NCBI GenBank assembly: GCA_002104905.1
Contig: MCFE01000020.1
Coordinates: 62,001-126,000, forward strand
DNA: 64,000 bases
Reading direction: 5' to 3'
Source of the DNA: Basidiobolus meristosporus CBS 931.73
Lineage: Eukaryota; Fungi; Basidiobolomycota
Below the pieces are notes generated by a model. It was not told the origin of the DNA, searched no databases, and was given only the letters and a program-made list of their open reading frames with translations. The position numbers and the translations under genes are program-made. Below, one piece after another: positions 57,182 to 64,000 of the stretch (its first letter is position 1; every line of letters starts with the position of its first letter).

Positions 57182-57985
57182 GTTCAAGAAAATTGGGTGC
57201 AGCGAAGGTTCTACTCCACACTAGACAAAAATTCAAGGTTTCAACGTCACTAAAATAAATCCCTTTTTTTCAATTTTCTTTAAACGCTTACCTTGATTAC
57301 TTCAATGAAGTTGCATAAAAGTCCCATGGCTCTGGTGGTGATGTACCCTCTCCCATTGACTCTGAGTTACGATCTCTCAATGAAATCGATTTTTTTTGGA
57401 TCACTAGGATTCCATGATGCTCTTGACAGTCTTTGTTGATTCCATATCAGGCGTGATAGCATGATGGAAACTTTCCTGATCGACATATTGCTCTCTCTCT
57501 ACCATCAACAATGGAGACCCGCCTACACATCAGTGGCTCATGCCTGACCGTTTAGGTGACCAACAGAGGAGTCAGAAAACACTCGTGCTCATTTCGCGCC
57601 ACTGATCAACAAAGTAAAATGCCTCAGAGTCTAGAAGATCCGGCGTGAATCGTTGGCGAGAAGTGACAAATCATGACTGATTATCTGGGGTTTTTCAGGA
57701 AACGCAATAAGCATATTGTCGACGCTCTTTCCCAACCAATTTAATCTAACTCAGGTCTGCTCGAATAACTCTATTAATATCCTCGTAATATGGCCCTGAT
57801 CAGCTCGGATAAATACGAAATCAGCTGACCTGAAATGACATATATGACTTAATTATACACTGTGCTTTATTTGGTCGATACAATACATTAATACGGTGGA
57901 CTGTTTGAAAGGTCATGCTATTATGGATGGGTTATGTCATGGAGATTATACATAGGAATTGGCGAGCTTAGGCTGGTTGATGTGT

Positions 57986-59920
57986 CTAATCACGATACTT
58001 CTCCATGAAGCCTTGGTGGAAGCGTTTAAGCAAATCAATGAACTCGCTGAAAAGCTCCTCCGGGGGAAGGAAGGTAGCACGGAAGTGAGAGGTGTCTTTC
58101 TCTTGTCCAAACCCGCTTCCGGGAACTACGCACTGTTAGAATATAGGTTAGCCAAGATGCAGGAATAATAGGTATTGCGTGGATCCACGTACCACTCCAG
58201 TTTCGTTCAGCATGGCTAGCGAGTAGAAGTCGTCAGGGGTTTTCCCCGCCTTGGTGGCAGCCTTGATAGCTCCTTCGGGAAGTCTGACCCTGGGGAACAG
58301 GTACAACGCACCCTCGGCTCTGTTGCAAGTGACTCCTTCAAGTTCATTGAAAGCGTCGCACAGAAGGTTGCTTCTGCGTCTGAGAGACTGGTAGATATCG
58401 TCGACCTCTTTTTTGTATAGGTCATAGGATTCGTCACCTGGTCTTGGCGGACTCACCATAAGGTCGACCATGATTTGTCCTTGAATATTCGGGCAGAGTG
58501 AAACCGAGGAGATCTTGTACATCTCGTCCACAACCTCTTTATCGATTCCCTGGCATTCGAAGTAGCCACCACGACGGCCACACTCACCAATCATCCCTTT
58601 GGAGATGGAATGGAACGAAATGAGCTCGACATCGTCGAAGCTGGGGCCCATGGATTTCAATACTTTCTTGAACGAGTGGAATGGCCGGGTGCTAGGCATG
58701 TAGATGTTCTCCTGATACACCTCATCGGCAAGCAGCACAAGTCTCTCTCGTTGGCAGAATTCTATCACCTCGCGCATGTTTTGCTCGGTGAGACACTGAC
58801 CGGTTGGGTTACCAGGGTTGATGATACACAAGGCCCTGACGTCGATGTCCTTTCGACGAGCCTCATCGACAGACTTCTTTAATTCTCCGATCTAAACAAC
58901 CAGCCACCATTAGTTGGGCAACCAACAGTCAAAATAGATGAGCAATACTAACGTCCATGCCCCAGTCCTTCTCTTCGTTCAAGTAATACGGGACGGCCTG
59001 TCCATCATAAAGCGACAGTGTAGCGGTGTAGAGAGGATATTGGGGGATCGGGATCATGATTCCAACCTTGGAGTGCTCGATGATAAAGCGCAAAGCTAAC
59101 TGAACCCCGGCAGACGCACTGAACGAACAGCTGATTAATATCACCTTATGAAGGGATGTGATGCGCCAGTAAGCCTACCCCATGGTCAAGAAGATCTTGT
59201 TCATATCGGCCGGATACCCGTCACGCTCTAGAGTGAATCATGCCGTTAGTGGCTAGTTGGGTTGCTGCGTTCGAGGTTGCACATACCTTCGATGAATTTG
59301 GCAACGTTCTTGCGGATGTGAGGGATTCCTTGGGAGTGGCTGTAGGCACCAACACTTCCGCCGCAGGCGTTGACCAGGATCTTGGCTCTCTCGATGGCGT
59401 CAGAGGCGAATAGCAGCTTGGCTTTGTCCCGATTTTCGTCCAACAACAAGTCGGGATACTCGACGAGAGAGGCCACCTACGAACCAGATTGGTTGGGAAT
59501 CAGCTCCCTGAGGGGATCAGAATCAGACGGAGGGTGACTTACCTGGCGGAAGAAGGTGATTGGCTTCTGTTTCAGTTGCTGGGGATTGCCGATATTGATG
59601 TTGACGATTTCATTGAAGGGGAGATTGGATCCCTTGGTTTCGAGCTCCTAGAAAGCCGACCAGTTAGTCCGACAGCACGGTTCAAATGGGACCAGGCCAG
59701 ACTTACGCTCTTGAGCTCCTCAGCACGGATGGCGATCTCTCCGCGGACCGCATACTGAACTTCTCGTACTTGAGGGTTAATGGTGTCAACTCTCAATACC
59801 TTTTTGCATTTGGGGACTAGACGAAGGGCAACAGGTTAGCTAGGGCCAACACATTTGGGCCGATTCGAAGGTACCTTTGAAAGTGCTGGTTTCAGAACCG
59901 GTGTGTAGTTGTGGAGACAT
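57986..59920 (-). CDS. ALT1: Alanine aminotransferase (PLP class I/II)
   Basis: QYAVRG, NIGNP, GAYSHSQG, PIPQYPLY, IINPGNPTGQ, LADEVYQEN, SFHSISKG..GECGRRGGY, CVVPGSGFGQ. Confidence 0.95.
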
Positions 59921-61966
59921 TTGTACAATAACGAGGGAAGTCGAGAGGGATGAATATAGTGTGACCAAGGCCAAGCCAAGTCTTTTATAGGTGCGATGAA
60001 ATGGCTACCATATAGAGTTGGGCCGAAATCTCCTGCATCTCAGGTCATATTGGCAGCCAAGTACCACAAAAAGCAACCAGCTGATCTACCAAGGGCAACC
60101 AGCCAATCTCTGGTGGTTGAAAATGGCGAGATTTCAGGGATTCCACGATGGTATATTATGTAATTATTACATTTCCGGGTCCGATGAAATCATTTCCGAT
60201 CATTCCGTTCCGGGGGATAAATGCCGCCACCCAAAACGACACTAGAATTTGCCTACCCTCGCTCCACGCGGTGCCACCCGTTCTGCCTTGAAAATCCGAA
60301 CCATGTTACTCCGTATGCACACCCCGTGATTAGGTTAAACTCAATTTGGGCCATGTTTTGCGGGCTCTGATTATCGGTGAGCCCATGGAATCATGGGGCT
60401 ATCAAGGCTTTCATGATCGAATTCGCATCAAAGCCCAGCAACGATGTGATGGGTGGGATGTGCTGGGTTGCCTTTTTGGTAGCGGTGCTTTCATCAGGCT
60501 GATGAAACCATTCTCTCATGCGTGAGTGTCGTAGGTCAGGTGAATAACCCACGTAGCATTGATTATCTTGAGTCCGCGAACAAACTGATCTCAGATCTGC
60601 GAAGTTCATCCTGGGATCACCCGGGTCTGAATCAAGCGTCTCCTACGACTATATACGTCTCGAGGTTCAGATGTTTGTGGCGCATTTGGGTGTCTGCAGG
60701 TAATCCCTACCTAACGGCTGTGGGCACCGGCAAGCCAATCTCATCCAATCATCCTCATAAGCGCAGTTTATCACCAGCGATGCCGTAGAATCCAGTTGGA
60801 TTCAGCGCACCAGCATCGAACTAATGAGATTCATCCCATAAGCAATTCATTGCCCGTTAACTGATGTGGCCGAGCCCGATTGAGCAATATACATGCAAGC
60901 CAACGCCCACTAGTTAGGCATCTTGTGATGGAATGGATAGCCCGCTCGACGCTGAGAGCGACCGGTGTCGAAGGAAATATGCTTCATGCGTGCGGGTAAA
61001 AAGCATGACTCAAGGGGGGGGGGTTCCTTGAGAGATCGAAGAGCCATTTCTTGTAGTCCAATGGACTTGTTCCAGCGTTAGGTGTTCAAAACGGCCACCA
61101 GGCTCTAGTGAATCCTTATTTAGACAAGCCCTATCCAGGCTATGACCCGCAAATCCTTCCCTCACACTGGCCTGAACGGCCCACCTTATCCTAAAATGGC
61201 CATCAGAGTCTGGAACTCACCCACCACCATTGACGGAATGGGATCAGGGAGCCACTATACTGATTCCGGCCCGGGGGCCATTCCATCAAGTGAGTCGAAC
61301 TATAAAGAACATCCATTTTCATCCACCGACCAGCTTAACTAGCTACAAATGAATGTCAAAGTCCCCTCCATGGGATCCGCTTGTACTTTGGTGGTTTTGG
61401 AAATTTCCGTTTCCCAATATTGTCATCTTGCTCATGATAAGGATTCTTGGCGATTGAGCGCCTCACTAATTGTGGCTCTCTGCCGCATGGTGATGGTAAT
61501 TCGGAGTGTCAATGGGCACATATTGGGTCGGGGTAGGTTGACCAGGTGCCAATTGGATGTTGCCATTGCCAACATGGAAATTATGGATAATCGATTCTGT
61601 CTCTGGTTAGGTTGTGGGTTTATTGATGGGTTGCTCGCCTTGTAATCTACTTTGGGACCACTCTGCGTTTGCTAAAGTTGCTCAATTTGCTCCATGTCAT
61701 GTGCTTGTCTCCACATCTGTATTTTGACATTGAAGTTTGACAAAGATTGGTCTTCCTATCATACCTGTCAGTGATGATCCAGATTCCTTATGGGCCTCAA
61801 ATCCCTACCTGTTTGTGTACCCAGGTGGAATACTATGTAACATTAGGTAAATGAGAACTTTGGAACTTGGCTCTTATCCATCAAAGAAGCACTCAAAGCT
61901 TAAGGAATTGCTCAAGAGAACAAAACACACTATGGATCCTCCTACCTGGCAAATGTAGCTTTATAG

Positions 61967-62298
61967 TGTTGAAAGAGTTTTGGAGATATTGGAAGTGATT
62001 GGGAGAACAAGTAGATTATGTGGTTTTCACTTAATGATTTATTGAATGTAAAAGTAGTATTTATACTTTTACCTGGTCTTGGCATTACAAACACGTAGAA
62101 TAGGTTAAGGAAGGTCCCAAGAGCATGTGTGCAAAGTTTGGGGCTGTTTGGACAACTTTGAGAATTTTCATGTTCTGGGTAAATATTCTAAGTAAATCCC
62201 AACAAGGAATTTGGTCAGTATTCTCTAGGATTTGAGGGTAATGATCTAAGTGACTAAGTTAGGTGAATATTTAGGTGGAATCACAAATTTTTACAACA
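61967..62298 (-). mobile_element. 3' LTR (332 bp) of a Ty1/copia element
   Basis: TGTTG...CAACA ends. On the minus strand it is directly preceded by the polypurine tract GAGTGGGGG (62299-62307) just after the RNase H stop. Confidence 0.93.
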
Positions 62299-64000
62299 CC
62301 CCCACTCAGCTAAATGTTCATACTGACTAGTCCTAATTTTGACCTAAGATATTCAAACTTGTCTCTAGCTAATGGTTTGGTAAATATGTCTGCAATCATT
62401 TCATCTGTAGGACAGTAAACTAAGCTAACTAAGTTATTCTCTATAGCTTCATGTATGAAATGATGTCTAATATCTATGTGCTTGGTTCTAGCATGAAAAG
62501 TTGGATTTCTACCTAATTGTATACATCCTTGATTATCTTGAAATAAAGTAATAGGCATTTTTTGACATAGGCCTAAATCTGTAAACAGCTTTCTTAACCA
62601 CATTGCTTCTTTTGTAGCTTCACAGGCTGCCATATACTCTGCCTCTGTGGTGGAAAGTGCTACAGTTGGTTGCTTTCTTGAATTCCATGAAATTGCTCCT
62701 TTACAGTAAAGAAAGGTGTATCCTGTGGTGGATCTTCTGTCTTATAACATTTGTCCCCAATCAGCATCAGAGTATCCCACAAGATCCTGTTCTGAATTCT
62801 TATAAGTATATCTTAAGCAGATATCAGCAGTTCCTTTTAGGTATCTAAAAATCCGCTTAACTGCTGCAATATGATCAGATCCATAGTTCTGATTATGTTG
62901 GCTGACAACTCCCACTGAATATGAGATATCTGGACGTGTTCCAAGCATGATATACATCAGACTGCCAACCATAGATTGATAAGGAAAGTCAGGGCTTTCA
63001 GATGGCACCAAGCTCTCTTGATTTGGTTGAGTTTTGACCAAGTTAAGGTTTGTCTCCATTGGGGTAGCTGCCAGTTTACAGTCTTCCATTTTGTACTTCT
63101 TTAGTATATCTTGAATATACTTGGATTGACTTAGGGTGATAGTCTGGGTACTTCTGTCTATGGAGAACTTAATCCCTAAGTAGCAACTAAGTTCTCCTAG
63201 ATTGGACATCTTGAACTCTTTAGATAGGCTGGATTTAGTCTCTTCCAATGTTTCTAGGTTATTGGTGGCTATAATAAGATCATCCACATATAGAGCTAAT
63301 AGAACTGGATTTGCTCTATCTGGCTTATAGTATATACTATAGTCAGCATTACTTCTTTTGAAACTCAAAGATTCCAAATAAGAATCTATCTTGCAATTCC
63401 AGGCTCTTGGTGATTGTTTGAGACCATATAGTGACTTTTTAAGCTTGCAGACCAAATGGGGGTTATCTTGGTCAACAAACCCATCAGGCTGGTCCATATA
63501 CACGTCCTCATCAAGTTCTCCATTCAAAATGGCAGTTTTTACATCCATTTGATGAATAAAAAACTTATATTTGGCTGCAATAGCCAATATTAATCTGATG
63601 GAATTAAACTTGGCTACCGGTGCAAAGGTCTCAGTATAGTCAAGTCCTTTTGTTTGAGAGTATCCTTTGGCTACAAGTCTTGCTTTGTATCTCTCAATTG
63701 TACCATCAGCCTTGTATTTTGTCTTGAAGACCCATCTGCATCCAATTGATTTTTGGTTGATTGGTAATTTGACCAAGTCCCAAGTTTGATTTTCCATCAG
63801 GGCCTGATATTCCTCAGTCATTGCAGATCTCCAAAACTTTGTCTGAGGGCTATTTAGGGCCTCTTTTACAGTCTGGGGCTCATCAATATGGACTGAATAG
63901 GCATAGGCTAAGTTTGTACCCTCATTGATATAGTAATTTGGGCTATTTCTTGTCCGATTGGATCTCCAGGCATTTGATACTGGAATGATCACTTCTGGGA
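62299..64000 (-). mobile_element. Ty1/copia pol: reverse transcriptase and RNase H, with a premature stop; element continues beyond the window
   Basis: EPQTVKEAL, WDLV, RYKARLVAKGYSQ, QMDVKTA, KSLYGLKQSPRAW, LYVDDL, TRPDI, YSDADW, then TAA at 62742-62744 in frame with [42 protein letters not shown]. Confidence 0.97.

Noticed and set aside
60900-61650. Short ORFs and a poly-G tract downstream of the copia LTR
   Set aside because: No recognisable domain, many stops in the best frame, and a single G-run is insufficient evidence for a structured element.

Overview
Eukaryotic, intron-rich fungal genomic DNA (short GT-AG introns with CTAAC-type branch points). Gene content suggests an early-diverging fungus; a Basidiobolus-like assignment is an inference and cannot be proven here. 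Housekeeping genes: MED14 (partial), FOL1, a BTB protein, ERG24, HEM15, RACK1/ASC1 with an intronic U24-like C/D snoRNA, an alpha/beta hydrolase, RPB1, CET1, QCR6, SNF4, an ATF1-like bZIP, RPS29, RPS5, a PAS protein, RPL43, NOP58, NMA111 and ALT1. Two accessory stretches (about 6.4-11.3 kb and 14.8-28.3 kb) hold a truncated LINE with a target-site duplication, pseudogenes, a Streptomyces-type subtilisin inhibitor and solo LTRs of a Ty1/copia element whose 3' end is at the right edge of the window. Highlight: a compact three-gene cluster at 20.7-26.4 kb encoding a nicotianamine synthase, a TOM/ZIF-like MFS exporter and a YSL-clade OPT importer. It is a candidate complete fungal nicotianamine metallophore synthesis/export/re-uptake system, bracketed by LTR nests. 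Also notable is an RPB1 whose CTD is largely degenerate and built from higher-order repeats with a non-heptad insert. All protein calls come from motif recognition by eye; no database searches were run.
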